DNA from: Hemiscyllium ocellatum
Lineage: Eukaryota
Assembly (NCBI RefSeq): GCF_020745735.1
Contig: NC_083435.1
Location: 37,101,090 to 37,165,089, forward strand
DNA length: 64,000 bases
Reading direction: 5' to 3'
This document shows, piece by piece, positions 35,462-47,959 of the stretch. Numbering within the stretch: position 1 is the first letter of the stretch; each line of letters opens with the position of its first letter. The notes under the pieces are model-generated. The model was not told where the DNA came from, did no database searches, and saw only the letters and a list, made by a program, of their open reading frames with translations. A program made the translations under genes and the position numbers.

Positions 35462-36388
35462 CCCTCCTGACCCTGTCCCACCCTCCCAGACACTGTTAAA
35501 CCCTGTCAGACTGATTCCCCTCCCCTCCTGACCCTGTCCCACCCTCCCAGACACTGTTAAACCCTGTCAGACTAATTCCCCTCCCCTCCTGACCCTGTCC
35601 CACCCTCCCAGACACTGTTAAACCCTGTCAGACTAATTCCCCTCCCCTCCTGACCCTGTCCCACCCTCCCAGACACTGATAAACCCTGTCAGAGTAATTC
35701 CCCTCCCCTCCTGACCCTGTCCCACCCTCCCAGACACTGTTAAACCCTGTCATACTAATTCCTCTCCCCTCCTGACCCTGTCACACCCTCCCAGACAGTG
35801 TTAAACCCTGTCAGACTAATTCCCCTCCCCTCCTGACCCTGTCCCACCCTCCCAGACACTGATAAACCCTGTCAGAGTAATTCCCCTCCCCTCCTGACCC
35901 TGTCCCACCCTCCCAGACACTGTTAAACCCTGTCATACTAATTCCTCTCCCCTCCTGACCCTGTCACACCCTCCCAGACAGTGTTAAACCCTGACAGACT
36001 AATTCCCCTCCCCTCCTGACCCTGTCCCACCCTCCCAGTCACTGTTAAATCCTGTCAGACTAATTCCCCTCCCCTCCTGACCCTGTCCCACCTTCCCAGT
36101 CACTGTTAAACCCTGTCAGGCTAATTCCCCTCCCCTCCTGACCCTGTCCCACCCTCCCAGACACTGTTAAACCCTGTCATACTAATTCCTCTCCCCTCCT
36201 GACCCTGTCACACCCTCCCAGACACTGTTAAACCCTGACAGACTAATTCCCCTCCCCTCCTGACCCTGTCCCACCCTCCCAATCACTGTTAAACCCTGTC
36301 AAATTAATTCCTCTCCCCTTCTCACCCTGTCCAACCCTCCCAGTCACTGTTAAACCCTGTCAGACTAACTCCCCTCCCCTCCCCACCC
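35462..36388. repeat. 61-bp minisatellite, ~15 copies
   Basis: Unit ccctcctgaccctgtcccaccctcccagacactgttaaaccctgtcagactaattcccctc; shifts by 1 nt per 60-nt line, so the period is 61. Confidence 0.95.
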
Positions 36389-36450
36389 TGAAGTGATTGC
36401 CTTGTGTCTGTCCATTCCTAACCTTGTGGGTTTCCTGGGCCCCACTGCAG

Positions 36451-37053
36451 GATATTCCTGGAGCCTCATTGTGGAATAACGGGACTCTCCTGTTCCAATG
36501 TGAACATGGACACCATTATCTATCCTTCCTTATCACAGCAGACACACAGCATTACGGCTCATTGCTCACACCCAATTCCTTCAGGACTGAGATCAATTTT
36601 TCTGGGAATGTATTTCCACAGATTGAACAGTGAATCCCAGATCCCCAGGTTTGGATCTTGGTTCTTCAAGTGAGATCTTCTCAAGTCATGTTTCCATCCC
36701 GTCTCAATGTGAGCAGTGTCACCGTCAGAGGGATCTTCACGGATGGTTCCTCCCTCACAGATTCTCATCCTCACTGTCTTCAGTGGGTCAGTGATTGACC
36801 TGAAATGAAGCAACGTCCTGAAGGAACTCAGAGACAGTTCTTATATTGAAAGAAATTGATTTTGCATCTGACGTTAACAAATTTCAAATGTTATGCAAAT
36901 CTCTGTACATAAATATCAGTTTTACATATTCTAATTCTGAGATAAATATATAAATATTATAAATCTGAGTTATTGTTGAATACTAAGTTTGATCACTACT
37001 TATCGCCATTGTTTAAATACAATCACCAATATGTGTCATTTGTAATCATTAAA
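36451..37053 (+). other. Candidate terminal (3'UTR) exon of gene A with ATTAAA polyadenylation signal
   Basis: Acceptor-like cccactgcag at 36441-36450; AT-rich segment with ATTAAA at 37048-37053. Inferred, no transcript evidence. Confidence 0.4.
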
Positions 37054-37139
37054 AGTTATTTATTGACTTATTGATTTTGATAATTTTTTAAATGATTTCA
37101 CAAGAATGATTATATTCATTTACACAGCAGCAGCTTGTG

Positions 37140-37445
37140 GCAGTTGCTGTGTTCAATTTGGGCAGCACGGTGGCACAGTGGTTAGCACTGCTGCCTCACA
37201 GTGTCAGAGACCCGGGTTCAATTCCCGCCTCAGGCGACTGTCTGTGCAGAGATTGCACATTGTCCCTGTGTCTGCGTGGGTTTCCTCCCAAAGTCCAAAA
37301 ATGTGCAGGTTAGGTGAATTGGCCATACTAAAGTGCCCGTAGTGTTCGGTGGAGGGGTAAATGTAGGGGAATGCGTGTGGATGGGTGGCGGGTCGGTGTG
37401 GACTTGTTGGGCCGAAGGGCCTGTTGCCACAGTGTGATTAGATTA
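37140..37445 (+). mobile_element. HE1/V-SINE-type SINE
   Basis: gggcagcacggtggcacagtggttagcactgctgcctcacag...tgtgattagattaca tail. Confidence 0.88.
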
Positions 37446-37679
37446 CATTAACATGACTTAATGTGAACTGGGGGAGTTAAGACCATATCCATCTGCCTCT
37501 ATTGTAAAATCCAAATCCCAGATGATAACTCCATACCTGTCAACACAATCAGGGAAAGTCCATTCCCAGAGAGTGGGAACACACAAGTGTGAGGGAATGG
37601 AGATTGTGTCAGAACCTGATGGAGATTCTGGAGATCGCTTCCATTCCATCGATATTCCCTGAGGATGTGAGTGTGTGTC

Positions 37680-39990
37680 TGGTGGGTTTGATGATCAAAA
37701 TCACACTTGTACTAAAGGACATAGCTGCTAGGCTGGGTCTGCAGCAGGTGGTGAGGGAACCAACCTGAGGGAAAAACATACTTGATTCCACCTTTCCAAT
37801 CTGCCAGCTGCAGGTACAAATGTCCATGACAGTCTCAGTGAGAGGGACCTTCGCACTGTCCTTGTGGAGGCAAAGTCCCACTGTCACATTGGGAATAACC
37901 TCCATCGTATTGTGTGGCACTATCACTGTGTTAAATGGAACAGACTTGGATCAGATCCAGCAGCTCAAGCCTGGGTATCCATGAGGCACTGTGGGCCATC
38001 AACAGCAGCAGAACCGTACTCCAGCACAATCTGTAACCTCATGGCCTGGCATAGCCCCCACTGAACCATTAACACCGAGCCAGGGGATCAACCCTGGTTC
38101 AATGGGGAGTGCAGGAGGGCATGCCAGGAGCAGCACCAGACGTACCTGAAGATGAGGTGCCAACCTGGTGAAGCCACCAAACAGGCGACTTGCATGTCAC
38201 ATAACATAAGCAGCAAGTGATAGACAGAGCTTAGCAATCTCACAACCAATGGATCCGATCTAAGCTCTGCAGTCCTGCCACATCCAGCCAACTCACTGGA
38301 GGCTCCACAAATATTCCCACTCTCACTGATGGAAGAGCCTATTACTCCTGATAGGCCTGAAGGTTTCACAGCAATCTTCAGTCAGAAGTGTCGACTGAAT
38401 GATTCATCTCAGCCTCCTCCAGTGGTCCCCAGCATTACAGATACCAGTCTTCAGCCAATTCAATTCACTCCACGTGATATCAAGGAACAGTTGAAGACAC
38501 TGGGTACTGCAAAGGCTTCAGGCCCTGACAACATTCAGGCAATAGTACTGAAGGCATGTGCCTAGAACTTGCCACTCCCCTGTCCAAACTGTTCCAGTCC
38601 AGTTATAACACTGGCATCTACCCGACAATGTAGAAAGTTGCCCAGGTATATGATAGACACAAAAAGCAGGACAAACCCAATCTGCCCCATCAGCCGACCC
38701 TCGATCATCAGTAAAGGGATGGAAGGGGTCATTAACAGTGCGATCAAGCAGCACCTGCTCAGCAATAACCTGCTCAGTGACGCCCAGTTTGGGTTCTGTC
38801 AGGGTCACTCAGCTCCTGACCTCAATACAGCCTTGGTTAAATCATGGACAAAAGAGCTGAATTCCAGAGGGGAGGTGGGAGGGACAGCCCCTGACATCAA
38901 GGCTGCATTCGACCGAGTGTGGCATCATGGAACTCGAGCAGAACTAGAATCAATGGGTATTGGGGGAAATCTCTCCAGTGGATAGAGTCATACCTGACAC
39001 ATAGGAAGATGGTCTTGGTTGTTGGAGGTCAGTCATCTCAGCTCCAGGAAAGCTCTGCAGGAGTCCCTCAGCGTGGTGTCCTAGGCCCAACCATCTTCAG
39101 CTGCTTCATCAATGACCTTCCCTCCATCATAAGGTCAGAAATGGGGATGTTTGCCAGTGATTGCACAATGTTCAGCACTATTTGCATCTTCTCAGACACT
39201 GAAGGAGTCCATGTTCAAATGCAACAAGGTCTGGACAATATCCAGGCTTGGGCTGACAAGCGGCAAGTAACATTTGCGCCACACAAATGCCAAGATATAA
39301 CCATCACCAACAAGAGACAATCTCACCACCACCCCTTGGCATTCAATGGTGTTACCATCACTGAATCCCCCCCACTGTCAACAGCCTGTGAGTTATCATT
39401 GATCAGAAACTCAGTTGGACTCACCACATAAATGCAGTGTCTACAAGAGCAGGTCAGAGGCTGGGGATACTGTAGTGAGTAACTCGTCTCCTGATTTCCC
39501 AAAGCCTGTCCACCAACGACAAGACACAAGTCAGGAATATGATGGAATACTCCCTGCTTGCCTGGATGAGTACAGCCATCTCAACACTGAAGAAGCCTGA
39601 CACCATCCAGGACCTAGCAACCCAACTGATAGGCACTGCATCCACCAACATCCAGTCCCTCCATCACTGACACTCAGTTACAGCAGTGTTTGCCATCTAC
39701 AGAAATTCATCAAAGATCCTTAAACAGAGCCTTCCAAACCCACAACCACCTCCATCTGGAAGGTCAAGGTCAGCAGATATATGGGAACACCACCACCTTC
39801 ATGTTCCCCTCCAAGCCACTCACCATCCTGACTCGGAAATATATCACCATTCCTTCACTGTCGCTGGTCAAAATCCTGGATTTCCCTCCCTAATGGCATT
39901 GTGGGTCAACCCACAGGAGGTAGTCTGCAGCAATTCAAGAAGGCAGATCACCACCACCTTCTCAAGGGCAACTAGGGACGGGTAATAAAT
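37680..39990 (+). mobile_element. CR1/L2-group LINE ORF2 remnant
   Basis: KASGPDNIQAIVLK, DIKAAFDRVWH, GVPQRGVLGPTIFSCFINDLP; same family as 1-2043. Confidence 0.85.
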
Positions 39991-41549
39991 GCTGGCCAGT
40001 CAGAGACACCCACATCCCACAAAAACTGAATCAATACAAAAACTGGGGGAGGTGTGATACATGGTTATTGTCTCTGGAGCAGGAATCCAGTGAACAAAGT
40101 ATCACTCCAGAATGAGAAGCCTCTTTCTCCTCCAGGGAGTTGTTCAATTTTCACACCTGGATGTGACAGGACAGCAGAGCTTCGATCTTATCTATCGATT
40201 GTGGAATCACTAAGTTCTGACTCTGCTCCCTCTGCTGTTTACTGCACGATCAGTACTGATCTGTCACTTCACTGACCAACACCATCACTTACAAGTTCCC
40301 TCCAAGCAACTCACCATCCTGACTTGGGAATATATTGCACTTTCTTCACTGTCACTGGGTCAAAATCCTGGAATTCCCTCCCTAATGACATTGTGGGTCT
40401 CCCACCACCACATGAACCTTACAGACTCTAACCTTCTCAAGGACAGCTCGGGATGGGAAATAAATTCCAGCAGCCAGTGATTCCCACGACTCTCCAGTGA
40501 ATAAAAAAGACATCATTTTTCATCTCTGCCTGGTCCTGCTCCTGTGATCCCTCCCACATTCCTCATTGAACCGGGGTTGGTCCCCTGGCTTGGTGGTAAT
40601 GAGAGACTGGGGGTTGGGTTGAGCCATGAGGTGACAGTTTGTATTGGATGGCAGTTCTGCTGGTGTTGATGACCCACAGGACCTCATGGACACACAGTCT
40701 TCATCTGCTCGACCTGTTCACATCCTACAGGAGGGGAGGGGGGTGGGGTGTGCCATGAGATTTAATGGGGAAATGTGTTCTCACAAGATGGTTATTGGTG
40801 GGAGCAGGGTGCATGTGAACAGGCTGTATCCCCCACACACTGGGTTCTCTGTACCTGACTCCCACCACCACCCCCCTCCCGCCCCCCCCCCCCCCCCCCC
40901 ACACCCCCCCCCCCCCCCAACATACACACACACACACACTGGGATCTCTGTACCTGACTCTCATCATCAATCCCCCCCGCCGCCCGACCTCTCCCCCCTG
41001 GGTTCTCTGTACCTGTACCAACCGGACTCACTGTAATTAAAAGTTTGAATCAATTCTGAAATAATTCCTTTTCACAATAGCCCTCCGCCCAACCTGACTC
41101 TCTGTAATTAATCCACTCCATGTTCCCTCACATTAATCTCTCTGTCAGGTTTAGCTCATTGATCACTGACTGGGTGAAGAATCTCTCTCACTGTAACTGT
41201 ATCCTCCTGTTCTGAATCTCTGGGTTTAGTTTAAAACCAATCTCAGGTTTCCCTTTTCCAGACTGTTTAATGTTTTATAAATCCCATCAGGTGCTTCCTT
41301 TCCTGGTAGAATAGCCCAATTCTCTTTGCCACATGACCCAGAACCTTGACCCTGGGGGTGAGCCTGGGTGTTTCTCTCTCTGCACTCTCCCCTTCCACAC
41401 TCCCCTCCCCCAGGGTCGGAGTGTCTCCCCTGTGACTGTGTCCTCAATTAGACTAGTACCAGGAAGAACACCAGGGTCCATGGGATTCCCAGCCAGCCGA
41501 GGGTTAGCAGTGACTGATGCTGACCTGTGACCCATGACCCAGGGTGACA

Positions 41550-41800
41550 CCATGCCTCAGTGCTTAGCACTGCTGCCTCGCAGCACCAAGGACCTGAGTT
41601 TGATTCCAGTCTTGGGTGACTGTCTGTGTGGAGTTTCCCTGAGTCTGCATGGGGTTCCTCCGGGTGCTCCAGTTTCCTGTCACAGTCGAACAGGTGCACC
41701 TTGGGTAGATTAGCCGTACTCAGTTGCCCAGTGTCCAGGGTTTATTTTTTGGCTGATGTGTCCAGGGATGTGTATGTTGGGTGGATTAGCTGTAGGGATT
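41550..41800 (+). mobile_element. Degraded SINE inserted into class I intron-1 sequence
   Basis: cctcagtgcttagcactgctgcctcgcagcacc...; 'catga' on both sides, and the host sequence is rejoined in the 10770-10955 copy. Confidence 0.75.
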
Positions 41801-41871
41801 CTATGATTCATGAATGGCCTTTAATCTCCCAGTTCCCAGAGAGAGAATGGAAAGCTGAATTCTGTACTCAT

Positions 41872-41922
41872 CGGGAGACACTCAGGAAAAACACAGGGAG
41901 GGAAAGGAAAGGATCACAACAT
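41872..41922 (-). pseudogene. Decayed class I leader exon (orphan)
   Basis: Minus strand: ctgattggaatagagacagtgtattcccagaATGTTGTGA... has a frameshift creating TGA at codon 3, and the donor is mutated gtaagt>atgagt. It is followed by the conserved 'acagaattcagctttccattctctc'. Confidence 0.75.
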
Positions 41923-42114
41923 TCTGGGAATACACTGTCTCTATTCCAATCAGGGACTGGGAATTAAACACACTGAGGGGAAACAGCTTCTGTTTACAAA
42001 CTGGAAAAACCAGTAATACAACAATCTTTGGAGACTGCCCCCTATTCGTTGAGAAATTTGATCCATTGTTTGATGTGAAGCTGCAGAAGCAGGAAAATGG
42101 AACAAGTGTTAAGT

Positions 42115-43735
42115 GATCACCCGGTCAGGTAATCGCCAACCAGGTCAAGTCTGCTCTGGGGTCGGTGATTCACCCTGACCAAACCTGTGCTGTGCCGGGC
42201 AGGAAGTTTCGCTGACAGTCTCGCACTCCTCAGGGATACGATCGCCTACGTGCAGGACAGAGGGTTGGATGCCTGCCTGATCAGCCTGGACAGGAGAAAG
42301 CCTTTGACAGGATATCACACAGGTATATGAGAGATGTTCTCTCCAAAATTGGCTTTGGGGAGGGAATCTGCAATTGGATCAGACTGCTGTACACCAACAT
42401 CATCAGTGCAGTCTCAATCAATGGGTGGGAATCAGATAGTTTCCCAGTCAGATCTGGAGTCAGGCAGGGCTGCCCTCTCGCTCCTGCCTTGTTTGTGTGC
42501 TGCATAGAGCCATTTGCCGAGTCCATCAGGAAGGATGCGAGCTTGAAAGGGGTGACTATTCCTGGCAGCGGGGGTCTGCAAGTTAAGGCCTCCCTGTACA
42601 TGGATGACGTCGCCGTTTTCTGCTCGGATCTGCTGTCTGTGCACAGACTCAGGTGCATATGTGACCAGTTCGGGGGGGCTGGGGCGTGTGCCAAGTCTTG
42701 GGAGGAGCGTATCGGCAAAGTGAGGCAGAAACTGGGCAGATGGAAGCTACGGTCGCTCTCCATTGTGGTAAAAAACCTGGTCATCAGGTGTGAGGCACTG
42801 TCATTGCTGTTATATGTGGCACAGGTCTGGCCTATTCCCAGAACCTGTGTCGCTGCAGTCACCCGGGACATCTTCCAGTTTATATGGAGGTCAAAGATGG
42901 ATCGGGTCCGTAGGGACTCGCTGTACAAAGATCTGGGCAACGGGGGAAAAAATACACCCAATGCCACCCTCACCCTGATGGCCACCTTTGTGTGTGGCTG
43001 CATCAAGCTGTGCGTGGATCCCCGGTACGCAAACACCAAGTGTCACTATGTACTGAGGTTCTACCTGTCCCCGGTGTTGTGAAGGATGGGCCTGCCCTCG
43101 CTGCTGCGGAATGCTCCGAGTAGTTGGACCGTTCCGTACCACCTGTCCTTCGTGGAGAAGTTTATGAAGAAAAACACCTTTGACCACAAGTCCATCAGGA
43201 AGTGGTCAGCACGTAGTGTCCTTGAGACCTTTGGGAAAAGGAGAGGGCGGATCTAATCGAGCGGTTTCCTGAGCAAACTGTCAAAGCTATTTGGCAGAAT
43301 GCCTCATCACCAGAACTTTCCAACAAGCACCAAGACATGGCTTGGCTGGTGATGAGAAGGGCTCTGCCTGTGAGATCCTTTATGCACGCCTGGACTCTCG
43401 AAGCGGCTGCGGGGGGACGAGACTGTCACACACCTCCTTCTGGAATGTGCTTATGCAGAGGAAGTCTGGAGAGGAATGCAGTGGTGTTTGTTGAGGTTCG
43501 TCCCGAGCAGCACCGTGACGCGGGACTCCGTGCTCTACGGCCTGTTCCCCGGGATGCACACCGAGACGAACATCAACTGCGCCTGGAGGATCATCAACTC
43601 GGTGAAGGACGCTCTCTGGGTGGTCCGAAACCTGTTGATCTTCCAGCTGAAGGAGTTGACCCCGACTGAGTGTTGCAGACTGGCACATTCCAAGGTCCAG
43701 GACTGCGTGTTGAGGGACGCGCTGAAGCTTGGGAC
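42115..43735 (+). mobile_element. Tx1/L1-clade LINE ORF2 remnant
   Basis: SGVRQGCPLAPALF, SLYMDDVAVF, preceded by SLDxEKAFDR-like sequence. Confidence 0.88.
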
Positions 43736-45039
43736 AGTGTCAGGAAGAGAATGAAAAGGTTACAAATACATCAAGGAAAGGAAAAGTCAAAATGTCACTT
43801 ACTGACTCCTGAAGGAGCTGGAATAGAGATATCAGAGGTTGGGAAAATAAAAGCAGAATGTGAGAGTTGAGTTTGTATCACAGATTGAAACTGGCAGCTA
43901 CGATATTGTGGGGATCAGAAAGAAGTAGCTGTGAGGGAATCAGGCCTGGGAGCTAAATATCCAAGATCCACATCCTGTCAAACGGACAGGCAGAGGGAGC
44001 GGGTTTGTCTTGTTTGTCAGAAATGAAATGGAATCAACAGCAGGAAGTGATGTCAAGTCAGAAGGCCGACAATCCGAGTGGATGGAGTTGAGGAACCGCA
44101 AAGGGGAGAAAAACCCAGAAGGGAGTTGTGTAAGGCCTCCTAGCGGAAGTCAGGATGTTGGGCAGAATGTTATGGACTAGACCCCCTCAAAATATATCAA
44201 GGAAAAAGCCGAGTCCTAACCTTTTGTTTTATTAAAGTCAAATCTGAGGTGCAGGGGGTCAAAAGTGATGTGATTGGTCCACCACAGGTCTTTAATCTAA
44301 ACAGGAGAATGGGATAGAGAAATGTATCAGCCATTGAATGGGGGAGCAGACTCAATGGGCTGATTGGCCTAATTTCTGCTTTTTTTTTAAGGTCTGATGG
44401 TCTATTCTTACAACACAGTTAAAATACAAACAACAAAAATGAATTGGTATAACACAAACTCGATTGAAATATTTAACAATATTGTTTAAGTCCTAATCAC
44501 CAACTCCTCATCATTCACTGTTCCAATATGGCGGCATCCCATAAACACAACCTTAGCAAAGACAGATCCAGCCAAACCGATGTGTTCCTCACGTGCTGGC
44601 TCCTCTCCAGTTTCAGTGAAAGGAACACCAAAAGCAGCAGAGAACCCGAGAATGTCTTCCAGCAGCGAGCTCACACCAACTCAACTAAACCTAAACTAAA
44701 ACACAAACATGGCTCCACTCACTCATGGTTCTTTTGTCTTAAGTTTAAAAAAAACACCAAGCTACTTCCAAATCAGCTGCTGGAAACAGACAGCTCAGTA
44801 TCAGAGTAACAATACCCCTCTACAAGAGAATTAGGACAGAATACATCTTTGAAAGGTACAGTATTGTTACATCTATCCCTTTTAAAAAATGTGCCATTAT
44901 TATGAGAGATGGCTTTATTTTCAAAGCTTTTGGTCTCACTCTGTTAGCACTCTACATTGTACACGCACTGTATTAAATCTCAGCACGTAACCATTCCATG
45001 CTTCAATCCATTTCAGTCCGGTCCTTCCACCCCAGAACA

Positions 45040-45290
45040 CCATCAGCTTCCTTCAGTGAAGCTGTTACAAAGTGTCAGCAATTACATTCTCTCACCCTGC
45101 CAGATGGTTAATTTTTAAATTGATGGTAGTAACAATAATCTCCATCTGAATAGTCTGGCATTTTTATCTTTCATTTTCCCCAAAACCTTTAAGGGGTTGT
45201 TATCAGTGTATACAATCTCCTCAGATACATTAGTGGCAACATTAATGTGAAATGGTTGCATCACCAACACCAAACTCGAGGTTTCTTTCA
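45040..45290 (-). mobile_element. Gypsy RNase H C-terminal fragment (Gmr1-like element)
   Basis: Minus-strand IEKETxSLVL...IVYTDNNPLK...KNARLFRW...ENVIADTL, with no integrase following. Confidence 0.7.
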
Positions 45291-45364
45291 CAATGATGGA
45301 CTTGTTTTTGCTGAACTTTCAAAATTTGTGAAAAATATCCAATTGACCTTTGTATCCTCTCGAG

Positions 45365-45910
45365 GAATGTGAGGTGTGCAGATGCTGGAGATTAGAGTCG
45401 AGAGTGTGGTGCTGGTCAGGCAGCATCCGAGGAGCAGGAAAATCGATGTTTCGGGCTGGAACCCTTCATCAGGAATGAGGCTGGGAGCCTCGTGTGTGGA
45501 AAGAAAAATGGGAGGATTGAGGCAGGGAATAGGGGTGGAAGGTATCTGAGAGTGCAATAGGTGGATGGTGACAGGTCAGAGGAGAGGATGGAGTGGATAG
45601 GTGGGAAGGAAGATGGATGGGTGGGACAGGTCATGATGGCGGTGCAGAGCTGGAAGGTCAGAACTGGGGTAAGGTGGAGGCAAGGGAAATGAGGAAACTG
45701 GTGAAGTCCACATTGATGCCGTGGGGTTGGACGGTTCCAAGGCAGAGGATAAGGCATTCTTCTTCCAGGCATCAGGTGGTTAGGGAATGGCGCTGGAGGA
45801 GGCCCAGGACCTGCATGTCCTTGGCGGAGTGGGAGAGGGAGTTGAAGTGTTTGACAATGGGACAGTAGGGTTGGTTGGTGCGGGTGTCCCAGAGATATTC
45901 TCTGAAGTGT
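45365..45910 (-). mobile_element. Penelope 3' fragment with hammerhead-like pLTR
   Basis: GIY-YIG tail homologous to 31700-32205; cattcCTGATGAagggttccagcccGAAAcatc on the minus strand at ~45445-45477. Confidence 0.8.
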
Positions 45911-46139
45911 TCCTTTCCATCCTCTCGTTGCCTTATTGTAACAATACAATAATGACACCCACATCACTCACATCAATAACCACATCAAATGGCTTTGGGT
46001 AATTGGGTGTCGTTTCAGGCTGTTAAATGCCTTCCCATACATTTTTATCCACTGATATTTTCTGCATGTCTTCTATAGCTCAGTCAGTGGAGTAACCATA
46101 CTGCTCAAAATTCAATCCAAATCTTTGATTAAAACTAGT

Positions 46140-46975
46140 CATGGAGTCACAGAGTGATAGAGATGTACAGCACAGAAACAGATTGTTTGGTCCAACACAT
46201 CCATGTTGACCAGATATCACAACCTAATTCAGTCCCACCTGCCAGCATCCAGCCCATATCCCTCCAAACCCTTCCTGTTCATATACCCATCCAGATACCT
46301 TTCAAATGCAACTGTAGCAGCCCCCACCACTTCCTCTGGCAGCTCATTCCATACACGTAACACACTCCACATGAAAAGGTTGCCCTTGTGGCCCCTTTTA
46401 TATCTTTCTTCTCTCACCTTAAACCTATCTCATCTAGCTCTGGACTCCCCAACTCCAGGGAAATGACTTTGTCTATTTATCCTATCCATGACCCTCATGA
46501 TTTTGTAAACCTCTATAAGGTCACCCCCCAGCCTCCAACGCTCCAGGGAAAACAGCCCCAGCCTGTTCAGCCTCTCACCATAGCTCAAATCCTCCAAATC
46601 TGGTAACATCCTTGTAAATCTTTTCTAAACCCTTTCAAGTTTCACAACATCCTTCCGATAGAAAGGAGACCAGAATTGTACACAATATTCCAACAGTGGC
46701 CTAACCAATGCCCTGTACATCCGCAACATGACCTCCCAACTCCTGTACTCAATACTCTGACCGATAAAGGAAAGTATACCAAACACCTTCACTGTCCTAT
46801 CTACCTGCGACTCCACTTTCAAGGAACTATGAACCTGCACTCCAAGGTCTCTTTGTTCAGCAACACTCCCTAGGACCTTACCACTCAGTGTTTAAGTCCT
46901 GCTAAGATTTGCTTTCCCAAAATGCAGGACCTCACATTTCTCTGAATTAAACTCCATCTGCTACTCCTCAGCCCT
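46140..46975 (-). mobile_element. CR1 3' fragment
   Basis: ORF 46625-46840(-): LRMYRALVRPLLEYCVQFWSPFYRKDVVKLERV. Confidence 0.85.
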
Positions 46976-46984
46976 CTTTTTGTC

Positions 46985-47331
46985 GATTGTATGGAAAGCT
47001 CCCCATTACCCTTTCCTTTCACAGTTTATGGGGCCATCTGTCCAATGATATGCCTGAAGAACATGACATGGATTTTTGTGATCTCACTGTTCACCAGGTT
47101 TAACATCAAGCACGCCTTCTGAAGTTGATTGAATAATTCTGAGAGATACTCCAAATGATCCTTCCACATGTGTCTGAAAATGACAAGATCATCCACGTTC
47201 ACCACACAACGGAACAATCCCAAAATGGCCTTCTTTGTTAGTCTTCGAAATATGGCATTTTTCGTACCAAAAGGCATAACTTTGAACTGGTAACGGCTGC
47301 TTGCTGTCATATAAGCCAAAATTTCCTTCAC
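46985..47331 (-). mobile_element. Gypsy RT fragment (Gmr1-like element, copy 2)
   Basis: YQFKVMPFGTKNA...CVVNVDDLVIF. Confidence 0.85.
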
Positions 47332-47334
47332 TCT

Positions 47335-47908
47335 TTTTTTGTGAAGAGAGATTTGAAGGCAGAGGGACTGAGCAGTCCAGCTGAGCCGTGAGAGTAAACA
47401 GCTTGTGAGGCCTTGGGGGTTTTATAAGTTGGAATAATAGACGCAGCCTGAATGACCCTGTGGGATCAGGCTCCCACAGAACCAGGATGTTTTATATACG
47501 TTTCAATAGTTGCTGTTGCGGTGTGAAGATGTGGAACCTATTTATCCCTCTCTCAGTTACAGCCAAAAGCTGGGGGTCCTCTTCCTGTTACTGGAGTTGG
47601 ATGTGAGACAGTCTGTTTCCTGGCCTTCCATTTTGCCATGGGTGTATTAATGGGATATTACTCTATTGGAACAGTTAATTAGAAATAGTTACCACTTCAA
47701 TTATTCTGTTATGTTTTCAATAGAGTTGTTATTTTGCTGTATTTTGACGACAGTGGATGAATAATGTGTGTTCTGCTTTAAACCCGGTAGACTGACCAAT
47801 CAAATTGCATCTGGAATGCAGCATCTCATGTTTAACTTTAAAATTAGAAAAAGTTAGAGTCGAGACTATCTTCTGAATATTTTGAAGGGGTTTGGTCTGG
47901 TTCATAAC
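47335..47908. mobile_element. Solo-LTR-like element (duplicate of 12052-12669)
   Basis: Collinear near-identity with 12100-12669. Confidence 0.6.
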
Positions 47909-47959
47909 ACAATCCTCTGGATAGTTTTAACTGTAGTCCCTCAATGTAGTGTTTCAATC

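Noticed and set aside
35462-36388. Regular repeat arrays resembling CRISPR (also 55316-55855)
   Set aside because: Units are directly adjacent with no unique spacers, there are no cas genes, and the context is vertebrate introns.
40062-40100. 'attgtctctggagca' (IVSGA) resembling the start of gene B alpha-1
   Set aside because: Only 5 codons match, a stop follows within a few codons, and there is no further a1 similarity or acceptor site.
40860-40940. Poly-C/CA run giving Pro-rich and Gly-rich ORFs
   Set aside because: Low-complexity artefact of a homopolymer and a microsatellite.
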